Shown in pieces: positions 8,719 through 16,552 of a stretch of DNA of 22,973 nt. The translations under genes were made by a program, and so were the position numbers. The stretch is from Candidatus Fervidifonticultor quintus (GTDB lineage Bacteria; Sysuimicrobiota; Sysuimicrobiia; Sysuimicrobiales; Humicultoraceae), in assembly GCA_031459535.1 (NCBI GenBank), contig JAVKIJ010000049.1, forward strand, positions 1 to 22,973, read 5' to 3'. Every line of letters starts with the position of its first letter. Position 1 is the stretch's first letter. The notes beneath the pieces are model-generated. The model was not told the DNA's origin. It searched no databases and saw only the letters and a program-made list of their open reading frames with translations.

Positions 8719-9975
8719 GTGGATGAGATCACCCAGCTCTCGGCTTCGGCTCTGGCCAGTGCGTAGCCTGCGGCCGGGTCTCGGCCGCGGATGCCGTGGA
8801 GGCCTATCTGGCGCGGATCGACGCGGTCGACAACCTGGTCTGCGCGTTCATCCGTGTGCTGGTCGAACAGGCCCGGGCCGCCGCCCGGGCGCTGGACGCT
8901 GAGGCACGCGCGGGCTGCCTACGTGGCCCGCTGCACGGCGTGCCGGTGGCGGTGAAAGACCTGTTGGCCGTGCGGGGTACGCCGATGACAGCGGGCTCCA
9001 TCATCCTGGGGACGAAGCCCCAAGGCGAGGACGCCTGGGCGGTGCGCCGCCTGCGCGTATCGGGCGCCATTGTGTTGGGCCTGACCGCCCTCAACGAGTT
9101 CGCCCTGGGCACCACCGGGTTCAATGCCCGCGGCCGCACCGCGAGCAACCCCTGGCGGCTCGACCGGATCACCGGCGGATCGAGCAGCGGGTCAGCGGCT
9201 GCGGTGGCTGCCCGCCTGGCGCCATGCGCGGTCGGGACGGACACCGGCGGGTCCATCCGCATCCCCGCCGCGCTGTGCGGCATCGTCGGGCTACTGCCGA
9301 CGTTCGGTCGCGTCAGCCGCCGTGGGGTGGTGCCGCTGGCCCAGTCGTTCGATACTGTGGGCCCCATGGCGCGGACCGTCGAGGACGTGGCGCTCCTGCT
9401 CGAGGCGATGGCCGGGCCGGACCCAGACGATCCCCATACGAGTGCCAGGCCCGTGGAGCGCTACCGCGATGCGCTGGCCTCTGACCTGGGGAACCTGCGG
9501 GTCGCCCGTCTGACCGGCGCCTTCTTTGAGAGCGATCTCGATCCGGCGGTCGCCTCCGGGCTCGACGCGGTAGCGTGCGCGCTGGAGGCTTCGGGCATGC
9601 GGGTGCGGGCGGCGGAGATCCCGTCCGCTGCGGCAGGTCACGAGGCCCACGTGACGGTGCTCCTGGCCGAGGCAGCTGTGTTCCACCGGGCGCGCTTTCC
9701 GGATCGCGATGCCCACTACAACCCCGATGTCCGTTCGCTGCTCGAACAGGGAGCAGCCATCTCGCCTGCAGCCGTAGACGCGGCGCGCGCGGTGCTCCGA
9801 CGGCTCGAGGCCGAAATGACCGCCCTGTTGGCTGATTGCCCGCTGGTGCTGGTCCCCGCCGTGCCGGTGGGCGCGCCACGCATCGCGGACGCCGACCCTG
9901 GGCGCAGGCCGGCGCGTGGAGTCAGCCATCGGCTGGTCGCTGCCCTGGTTGCCGGAGGGGATCGGCCCACCGTGA
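8719..9975 (+). pseudogene. Amidase-signature family gene, disrupted by an N-terminal frameshift and an internal out-of-frame deletion near the 3' end
   Basis: AAGGAG (8703-8708) then GTG 8719 reads MDEITQLSASALASA to TAG 8764; the homologous reading continues in another frame (VACGRVSAADAVEAYLARID). Core motifs 'VAVKDL', 'GGSSSGS', 'GTDTGGSIRIPA' are present. Similarity breaks after 'VPVGAPRIADAD' (~9897) and an amidase-like tail 'LGAGRRVESAIGWSLPWLP' resumes in a different frame, ending TGA 9973-9975. Confidence 0.8.
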
Positions 9976-10020
9976 ATGAACCGCACAGGGCCGAGGCAGC
10001 AGAGAGCAGCACACGCGGGC

Positions 10021-10049
10021 TTGCATCTCCCATTGGAGAATAATAGGAT
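10021..10049 (+). promoter_or_regulatory. Putative sigma70-type promoter of the heme synthase / cytochrome oxidase operon
   Basis: TTGCAT (10021-10026), 17 nt, TAGGAT (10044-10049), in a locally AT-rich patch 17 nt before the ATG at 10067. Confidence 0.65.
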
Positions 10050-10066
10050 AGTCAAGGTCCTGATTC

Positions 10067-11875
10067 ATGTCGTCATCGGGTGATACCCAGAGCAACCGGG
10101 CATCGGCGGCGATCCGGCGTCTGTCGCTGGTAGCCAGCGTCTCTACAGGGGTCCTGCTGCTGGTCGGAGCGACGGTGAGCGCCACTGGCGCCGGGCTAGC
10201 CTGCCCTGACTGGCCCCTGTGCCACGGCCGCCTCATTCCTCCCCTTGATCCCCTGGTCCTCATCGAATGGGGACACCGTCTGCTGGCGTCCGCGATCGGG
10301 CTCATGATGGCGGCTCTGGCCGTGCTGGTGTGGCGCCGGGGGTTGCGCGGCCTCGGGCGTCTGATGGTGACCCTCCTGCTCTTGCTGGCGGCGCAGGTGG
10401 GGCTGGGTGGCGCGACCGTGCTCTCGCGGCTCGTCCCGTTCGTGATCGGGACGCACCTGCTGACCGCGATGACGTTCCTGGCGCTGCTCGTGCTCTTTAC
10501 GGCCAGGGTCTGGTGGGCGGACGGTGCGGCGCAAGGGGCGCTCGCCCCGCCCGCGGGCCTGGCGTCTGCTGCCCATCTGGCGTTGGCGCTGACCTTCCTG
10601 CAGGTTGCATTGGGCGGCTACACCAGCGCGTTCGGCGCGGGCATGGCGTGTCCGGACTTCCCGCTGTGTCGCGGTCGCCTGTTCCCAGGCGGCGATCCGC
10701 TGGTGATGCTGCACTACGCGCATCGCCTGGTGGCGTTTGCGCTGGCGGTCACCGTGGCCGTAGTGGCGGCTCGAGCGAGGCTCAGCCGTGACCGCACCGT
10801 CCGCGTTGCCGCCGCGACGGCCATGTTGGCGGTGATCGTTCAGGTAGCGCTGGGCGCGGCCAACGTCCTGACGCACATGTGGATCCCGGTGCGCGTCGCG
10901 CACCTGGGCGGAGCCGCCACGCTGGTGGCAGCGCTGGTGGTGCTGACCGTCCGTGCGCGGCTGGCAGTGGCCGCAGCGAGCGCGGGGGCCTCGGCCGCCG
11001 GTCCCGGCGGGCTGCGGGCCGTCGTGGCCGATTACGTGGCGCTGACCAAGCCGCGCATTGTGGTGCTGCTGCTGCTGACCACCATTGCCGCCATGGTGGT
11101 GGCCGCCGGCGGGCCCGTGACGTGGGCGTTGGCCGTCTACACGCTGCTGGGCGGCGCCCTTGCGGCCGGCGCCGCCAACGCCATCAACTGCTACTGGGAT
11201 CGCGACATCGACGCTGTCATGCTCCGCACGCGGAAGCGGCCCATTCCTGCTCGACGCATCGCGCCCCGGCGCGCGCTGGCGTTCGGCGCAGCCCTGGCGG
11301 CGGGGTCGGTGCTCGTTTTGGGCCTGGCGGTCAACTGGCTCAGCGCAAGCCTGGCCTTTGCCGGGATCGCCTACTATGTGGTCGTCTACACCATGTGGTT
11401 GAAACGGGCGACCGCGCAGAACATCGTCATCGGCGGCGCCGCCGGCGCCATCCCGCCCCTGGTCGGGTGGGCCGCGGTGCGGGGAGACGTGGACCTGGCG
11501 GCCCTGGTGCTCTTTGCCATCGTCTTCCTGTGGACCCCGCCGCACTTCTGGGCGCTGGCCCTCAACCGCAGCGAGGAGTATCGTGCCGCCCGGATTCCCA
11601 TGCTGCCCGTGGTGCGCGGGACCGGGGAGACCGTGCGGCAGATTGGGCTGTACACGCTGGCGCTGATCGCGTCCACGCTGCTGCTGGGCGTGCTGGGCGT
11701 GCTGGGACGCCTGTACCTGGCCTCGGCCATGGTGCTGGCCGTCCCTTTCATCTGGTTGGCCGCGCGGCTCGCCCGCCACACGACGTCCCGGGCCGCGTGG
11801 GCGCTGTTTGGCTACTCGATCCTCTACCTTGGGTTGCTGTTCTTCTCGATGGCCCTCGATCGGCTACTGGCGTGA
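10067..11875 (+). CDS. ctaB: Fused heme A synthase (CtaA/COX15) and heme O synthase (protoheme IX farnesyltransferase, CtaB/CyoE)
   Basis: N-half: 'GAGLACPDWPLC', 'EWGHR', second 'GAGMACPDFPLC', 'HYAHR' (CtaA type 1). Ala/Gly linker at ~10960-11015. C-half: 'LTKPRIV', 'NCYWDRDIDAVMLRTRKRPIP', 'NIVIGGAAGAIPPLVGW', 'WTPPHFWAL'. Confidence 0.93.
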   Translation: MSSSGDTQSNRASAAIRRLSLVASVSTGVLLLVGATVSATGAGLACPDWPLCHGRLIPPLDPLVLIEWGHRLLASAIGLMMAALAVLVWRRGLRGLGRLMVTLLLLLAAQVGLGGATVLSRLVPFVIGTHLLTAMTFLALLVLFTARVWWADGAAQGALAPPAGLASAAHLALALTFLQVALGGYTSAFGAGMACPDFPLCRGRLFPGGDPLVMLHYAHRLVAFALAVTVAVVAARARLSRDRTVRVAAATAMLAVIVQVALGAANVLTHMWIPVRVAHLGGAATLVAALVVLTVRARLAVAAASAGASAAGPGGLRAVVADYVALTKPRIVVLLLLTTIAAMVVAAGGPVTWALAVYTLLGGALAAGAANAINCYWDRDIDAVMLRTRKRPIPARRIAPRRALAFGAALAAGSVLVLGLAVNWLSASLAFAGIAYYVVVYTMWLKRATAQNIVIGGAAGAIPPLVGWAAVRGDVDLAALVLFAIVFLWTPPHFWALALNRSEEYRAARIPMLPVVRGTGETVRQIGLYTLALIASTLLLGVLGVLGRLYLASAMVLAVPFIWLAARLARHTTSRAAWALFGYSILYLGLLFFSMALDRLLA

Positions 11876-11928
11876 GCGATCGGGGTGGCGGATATGGCTG
11901 CGCGTAGGCGGAATCGCAGGTGAGGCGA

Positions 11929-12774
11929 ATGGCGAACGTGGCTGGGACGGTCGACGGGCGCAGGACCGGGCTGTGGCTCGGCCTGCTGATCCTGGGCATG
12001 GTGGTGATTGGCGGTGTGGGCGTCACCCTGTATGCGCGAGGTCGCTGGTGGCTGCCGCCCCTGGCGTCGGCCGAGGGTGCCCAGATCGACCGGCTCTTCT
12101 ACTCCACGCTGGCCATCACCGGTGCCGTGTTCGTGCTCGTCCACGTGTTGCTAGCCCTCTTCGTGTGGCGGTACGCGGCCGGCGGTGACCGGAAGGCTCT
12201 GTACTGGCACGACAACCGCAGGTTGGAGATGATGTGGACCATCGTCCCGGCCGTGGCCCTGGCCATCATGGTGTCCGCAAGTGGTGCGGTTTGGGCGCGC
12301 CTGCACCTGGCGACGCCTCCCCAGGGTCTGGAGGTCGATGTGCGCGGCGAGCAGTTTGCGTGGCTGTCCCGGTATCCCGGTCCCGATGGGAAGCTCGGTC
12401 AGGTGGATCCGGCGCGCATCGATCATCGGACCAATCCCATGGGGCTCAACCCCCAGGACCCGGCCGCGGCCGACGATGTGGTGAGTTCGGAGCTCCACCT
12501 GGTGGTCCACAAGCCGGCCAGGATCCGGCTGCGCTCGACCGGCGTGATCCACAGCTTCTATGTGCCAGCATTTCGCGTCAAGCAGGACGCCGTGCCCGGC
12601 GTGACGATCGACTTCTGGTTCACGCCGACGGTCGAAGGCCAGTATGAGATCGCCTGCGCGGAGTTGTGCGGCATCGGACACTACGCCATGAAGGGTAAGC
12701 TCGTGGTGGAGTCCCAGCAGGCATTTGACACCTGGCTGGCACGCCAGACACCGTCGCTCCAGAAGACGCCGTAG
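11929..12774 (+). CDS. coxB: Cytochrome c oxidase subunit II (CoxM-like, CuA centre, no fused cytochrome c)
   Basis: 'LEMMWTIVP', 'VIHSFYVPAFRVKQDAVPG', CuA motif 'CAELCGIGHYAM'; no CxxCH. ATG 11929 follows AGGTGAGG (GTG at 11920 is an alternative). Confidence 0.95.
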   Translation: MANVAGTVDGRRTGLWLGLLILGMVVIGGVGVTLYARGRWWLPPLASAEGAQIDRLFYSTLAITGAVFVLVHVLLALFVWRYAAGGDRKALYWHDNRRLEMMWTIVPAVALAIMVSASGAVWARLHLATPPQGLEVDVRGEQFAWLSRYPGPDGKLGQVDPARIDHRTNPMGLNPQDPAAADDVVSSELHLVVHKPARIRLRSTGVIHSFYVPAFRVKQDAVPGVTIDFWFTPTVEGQYEIACAELCGIGHYAMKGKLVVESQQAFDTWLARQTPSLQKTP

Positions 12775-12809
12775 ACGATGCACGTCGTGGGCAGGAGGCA
12801 TCTCGCCCT

Positions 12810-14807
12810 ATGACCCGTATGACCGTGGAACTGCGCGACCGGCAGGGCCGCGTGATCGCCTCCGGCGCCAGGGTGCGCAGTGGCGACCTGGAAGGCATCG
12901 TGCGCCGGATCGATCCCGGAGCCGGCGTCATCACCGTGGTGGTGGAGGGCCGTACCGGGAAGAGCGAGCGGATGGTCCGGATCGGCGACCTCGAGGTCGT
13001 CGAGGAGGCCCCGGGCTCGGGTGCCCACGCCGTGGCCGCCGAGCACGGCGAGGGTTTCATCCGCAAGTACATCTTCAGCCTGGACCACAAGGTCATCGGC
13101 ATCCAGTACATGCTGACCTCGCTGGTCATGGCGCTGATCGGCGGGACGCTGGCCATGCTGATCCGCATGCAGCTCGGGTGGCCCGGGGCCCGCTGGGGCC
13201 TGGCCGCGGCACTCTTTCCCGGCGGCTTTGCCGGTGGCCAGCTGAAGCCCGACTTCTACCTGGCCGTGGTGACCATGCACGGCACCATCATGATCTTCTT
13301 CGTGCTCACCACGATCCTCTCGGGCGGCTTCGGCAACTTCCTGATCCCGCTCCAGATCGGCGCGCGCGACATGGCCTTTCCGTGGCTGAACATGATGTCG
13401 TACTGGCTGGTGGTGCCGGCGATCGCGGTGCTGCTGCTCTCGTTCCTCGTTACCGGGGGCGCCGCCGGTAGTGGCTGGACCGCGTACCCGCCGCTGTCGG
13501 CGATCCCTGCCGCCGGCCCGGGCTCGGGGTTGGGCCAGACGCTCTGGCTGGTGGCCCTGGCGATCCTGATCATCGCCCTGCTGTTCGGGTCGCTGAACTA
13601 CATCACGACGATCCTCCAGCTCCGTACCCGCGGCATGTCGATGATGCGCCTGCCGCTCACGGTCTGGGGGTTGTTCATCACGGCCATTCTCATGTTGCTG
13701 TCGTTCCCCGTGCTGTTCGCCGCGGCGATCATGTTGCTGTTTGATCGCCTGGGGGGCACCAGCTTCTTCGTGCCGGCGGGCGTGTACGTGGGCGGGCAGG
13801 TGCTCACCCACACCGGCGGCAACCCGTTGTTGTGGCAGCACCTGTTCTGGTTCCTGGGCCATCCGGAGGTCTACGTGCTGATCCTGCCAGCGATGGGCAT
13901 GGTCTCAGACATCATGGCGTCCCAGGGTCGCAAGCCCATCTTCGGCTACACCTTCATGGTGGGATCAATGGCGGCCATCGGCATCCTGAGCTTCCTGGTC
14001 TGGGCCCACCACATGTATACCAGCGGCATGCATCCCCTGGTGGCGATGGCCTTCATGACCACGACCCTGGCCATCGCGGTGCCCTCGGCGATCAAGACCT
14101 TCAACTGGCTGGCGACGCTGTGGCGCGCCCGCATTCAGTTCACGCCCCAGATGCTCTTTTCCATCGGGTTCGTCTCGCTGTTCGTCACCGGAGGTCTGAC
14201 AGGGGTGTTCCTGGCCCAGCCGCCCGTGGACACCTACATGCACGATACCTACTTCGTGGTGGCGCACTTCCACTTCGTCATGGCCAGCGCGGCGCTGTTC
14301 GGCGTCTTCGCCGGCATCTACCACTGGTTCCCCAAGATGTTCGGGCGTACGCTGAACCCGCTGCTGGGCAAGATCCACTTCTGGCTCACGTTCGTGGGCA
14401 TCTACGCCACGTTCTTCCCGATGCACTTCGCGGGCTTTGCGGGCATGATGCGCCGGATCTACTCCACGCAGCTGTACGCTCACCTGCAGGCCGTCGGGCC
14501 GCTCAACACCTTCATCTCGCTGGCGGCATTCGGGCTGGGCCTCGCCCAGGTGGTCTTCATCTACAACTTCCTCGTAAGTCTGCGCCGGGGTCCGAGGGCC
14601 GAGCGGAACCCGTGGCGCGCCACGACGCTGGAGTGGGAGGCGCCTTCGCCTCCGCCCCACGGCAACTTCGGAGAGGTGCTGCCCGTGGTGCATCGGTGGG
14701 CGTACGACTACAGTGTGCCCGGCGCCGCGGACGACTTCATCCCGCAGAGCGTGCCGGTCACCGCGCCTGCTGCGGGCGCGTCGGGCCCGCGTGAGGAGCA
14801 TCGGTGA
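12810..14807 (+). CDS. ctaD: Cytochrome c oxidase subunit I (heme-copper oxidase, type A1, CoxN-like) with an extra N-terminal domain
   Basis: 'SLDHKVIG', 'TMHGTIMIF', 'GWTAYPPL', 'WFLGHPEVY' (A1 signature), 'WAHHM', 'VVAHFH'. AGGAGG at 12793-12798 precedes ATG 12810. Confidence 0.97.
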   Translation: MTRMTVELRDRQGRVIASGARVRSGDLEGIVRRIDPGAGVITVVVEGRTGKSERMVRIGDLEVVEEAPGSGAHAVAAEHGEGFIRKYIFSLDHKVIGIQYMLTSLVMALIGGTLAMLIRMQLGWPGARWGLAAALFPGGFAGGQLKPDFYLAVVTMHGTIMIFFVLTTILSGGFGNFLIPLQIGARDMAFPWLNMMSYWLVVPAIAVLLLSFLVTGGAAGSGWTAYPPLSAIPAAGPGSGLGQTLWLVALAILIIALLFGSLNYITTILQLRTRGMSMMRLPLTVWGLFITAILMLLSFPVLFAAAIMLLFDRLGGTSFFVPAGVYVGGQVLTHTGGNPLLWQHLFWFLGHPEVYVLILPAMGMVSDIMASQGRKPIFGYTFMVGSMAAIGILSFLVWAHHMYTSGMHPLVAMAFMTTTLAIAVPSAIKTFNWLATLWRARIQFTPQMLFSIGFVSLFVTGGLTGVFLAQPPVDTYMHDTYFVVAHFHFVMASAALFGVFAGIYHWFPKMFGRTLNPLLGKIHFWLTFVGIYATFFPMHFAGFAGMMRRIYSTQLYAHLQAVGPLNTFISLAAFGLGLAQVVFIYNFLVSLRRGPRAERNPWRATTLEWEAPSPPPHGNFGEVLPVVHRWAYDYSVPGAADDFIPQSVPVTAPAAGASGPREEHR

Positions 14808-15472
14808 GCCCGGCGGCCGGAAGCACCCTCCAGGAGCCGCACGTGCGTCCCGGCCGCGGTGGACCGATGACGCCGCCCGGGCACGGCGACGACAGCTACC
14901 CCGGTGGCTGGTCCGGCGGCGGGAGCGCCTCCGCACCGCCCGCTGATACGGCCACCATCGGCGTCTGGCTCCTCGTGGCAGCCGTCGTCATCCTGTTCGC
15001 GTCGTTCACCAGCACGCTGGTCGTCCGGCGGGCGGAGAGCGACTGGCGTCCCGGACCCATGCCGGCGATCCTGTGGGTGAACACGGCCGCCCTGTTGGCC
15101 AGTAGCGTCACCCTGGAGTGGGCGCGCGCGGGGGGGCGGGGCGGGCGCCTAGCCGATCTGCGGCTGGGCCTCGCGGCGACCGGGGGGCTCGGCGGGGCGT
15201 TCCTGGTCGGTCAGCTGGCGGCGTGGCGGCAGCTACTGGCCTCGGGCATCGCGTTGGCCACCGGCCCCAGCAGCGCGTTCTTCTACCTGCTGACCGGCGC
15301 CCATGGGTTGCACCTGGTGGGAGGCCTGGGTGCCCTGCTGTATGGGTCCTGGCGCGTCCGTCGGTTCTCGCCTGCAGACCAGGTGCCACCGGTGCTGGCG
15401 CCGCTGGCGATCTACTGGCATTTCGTGGGTGTGCTGTGGCTGTATGTCTTCGTCCTGCTGTCCCTGAGCTAG
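14804..15472 (+). CDS. Cytochrome c oxidase subunit III-like protein, first copy (CoxO-like)
   Basis: 'NTAALLASSVTL', 'FLVGQ', 'FFYLLTGAHGLHLVGG', 'YWHFVGVLWLYVF'. GTGA overlap with the subunit I stop; GAGGAG RBS. Confidence 0.9.
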   Translation: MSPAAGSTLQEPHVRPGRGGPMTPPGHGDDSYPGGWSGGGSASAPPADTATIGVWLLVAAVVILFASFTSTLVVRRAESDWRPGPMPAILWVNTAALLASSVTLEWARAGGRGGRLADLRLGLAATGGLGGAFLVGQLAAWRQLLASGIALATGPSSAFFYLLTGAHGLHLVGGLGALLYGSWRVRRFSPADQVPPVLAPLAIYWHFVGVLWLYVFVLLSLS

Positions 15473-15499
15473 CGTCGGAGCGCGACCGGGGAGGGAACC

Positions 15500-16123
15500 G
15501 TGACACCTGCTGAAACCGCGACTCAGGATCAGGTGCTGGCGTCAGAGTGGGGCGGGGGAAGATCCCCGTTTGCGGTCGGCTGGCCCAAACTGATGATGTG
15601 GCTGTTCTTGATCCAGGACACCCTGACCTTTGCCGGGCTCCTGACGGGCTACGGGGTCGTCCGGCTGTCGAACGGCCGCTGGCCGGTCCAGGGTGAGATC
15701 TTCAACCTCTACCTGGTCGGGTTCATGACCTTCATTCTCATTTGCAGCAGCGCCACCATGGCTGTGGCGGTGGCCGCCGCCCGGCAGCGGGACCGGGCGC
15801 GGGTCATCCGGTTTCTGTTGCTGACCGTGCTGGGCGGGCTCATCTTCCTGGGCTGCCAGGCCTACGAGTGGGCCCACTTCATCAGGGAGGGTGCGCGCCT
15901 GTTCGCCAACCCGTGGGGCATCCCGCTGTTCTCGGCCTCGTTCTTCGTGATTACGGGCTTCCACGGCGGGCACGTGACCGCGGGCGTCGTCTACCTCCTG
16001 ATCACCGCCATCCGCGAGGCGCGCGGCGCCATCGCGGCCGAGAGCGTGGAGATCGCGGGCCTGTACTGGCACTTTGTGGACTTGGTCTGGGTCTTCATCT
16101 TCACCCTGCTGTATCTGTTGTGA
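15500..16123 (+). CDS. Cytochrome c oxidase subunit III-like protein, second copy (CoxP-like)
   Basis: 'WGGGRSPF...KLMMWLFL', 'TFILICSSATM', 'QAYEW', 'FFVITGFHGGHV', 'GLYWHFVDLVWVFIF'. GGGAGG RBS before GTG. Confidence 0.92.
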   Translation: MTPAETATQDQVLASEWGGGRSPFAVGWPKLMMWLFLIQDTLTFAGLLTGYGVVRLSNGRWPVQGEIFNLYLVGFMTFILICSSATMAVAVAAARQRDRARVIRFLLLTVLGGLIFLGCQAYEWAHFIREGARLFANPWGIPLFSASFFVITGFHGGHVTAGVVYLLITAIREARGAIAAESVEIAGLYWHFVDLVWVFIFTLLYLL

Positions 16124-16140
16124 GCGAGAGGAGACAACCG

Positions 16141-16434
16141 GTGAACGAGACCGAGCGGGGCGGCTATCGCATCTATTGGGTGACCTGGTTCTGGCTGCTG
16201 ATCATCACCATCGTGGAGGTGGCCATCGTCCTGGTTCAGCTGCCCAGGGCCTTCCTGGCGGCCTCGCTGGCCACTCTGGCGCTCATGAAGGCCGCGTTGA
16301 TCGTCGCCTACTTCATGCACCTGCGCTACGAGCGAATCAATTTCGTCTACACGGTGGTCACGCCCCTCTTTCTGGCGGTGATTCTGTTCTTCGCGCTCGT
16401 GCCCGACGCGCTGAACACCCTGCGGTTGAGGTAG
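16141..16434 (+). CDS. Cytochrome c oxidase subunit IV family protein (CoxQ/CtaF-like)
   Basis: GAGGAG RBS, GTG 16141; 97 aa with three hydrophobic segments and 'KAALIVAYFMHLRYE'; last gene of the oxidase cluster. Confidence 0.9.
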   Translation: MNETERGGYRIYWVTWFWLLIITIVEVAIVLVQLPRAFLAASLATLALMKAALIVAYFMHLRYERINFVYTVVTPLFLAVILFFALVPDALNTLRLR

Positions 16435-16476
16435 CGCGCCCCGGGCGGCTGCGTGGCTCTCCCGCCGGCCGGCGCG

Positions 16477-16505
16477 TTGAGCGCCGGGAAGCGCAGGGGT
16501 ACACT
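16477..16505 (+). promoter_or_regulatory. Putative sigma70-type promoter for the MNT-HEPN fusion and Nfu_N genes
   Basis: TTGAGC (16477-16482), 17 nt, TACACT (16500-16505); GGAGGT RBS at 16542-16547 downstream. Confidence 0.6.
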
Positions 16506-16552
16506 GGAGTCGAGGCCCCTCGTCCTGTGGTCCGTGGCGCCGGAGGTCGTCT

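Noticed and set aside
8695-8727. Inverted repeat CTCATCC / GGATGAG enclosing the amidase RBS in the acs-amidase divergent region
   Set aside because: 7-bp arms with a 19-nt loop, one arm inside the coding start of a pseudogene; no supporting evidence of function.
8764-8766. TAG early in the amidase as possible stop-codon recoding or programmed frameshift
   Set aside because: Homology continues in a different frame, there is no slippery sequence, and a second lesion near 9897 indicates decay.
15742-16140. Long N-terminal extension of subunit IV in the ORF track
   Set aside because: It overlaps the second subunit III gene out of frame; a clear GAGGAG plus GTG at 16141 gives a normal-sized protein.
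16435-16476. GC-rich imperfect hairpin after the oxidase operon as an intrinsic terminator
   Set aside because: The stem is interrupted and followed by only two T residues; not enough support to call.
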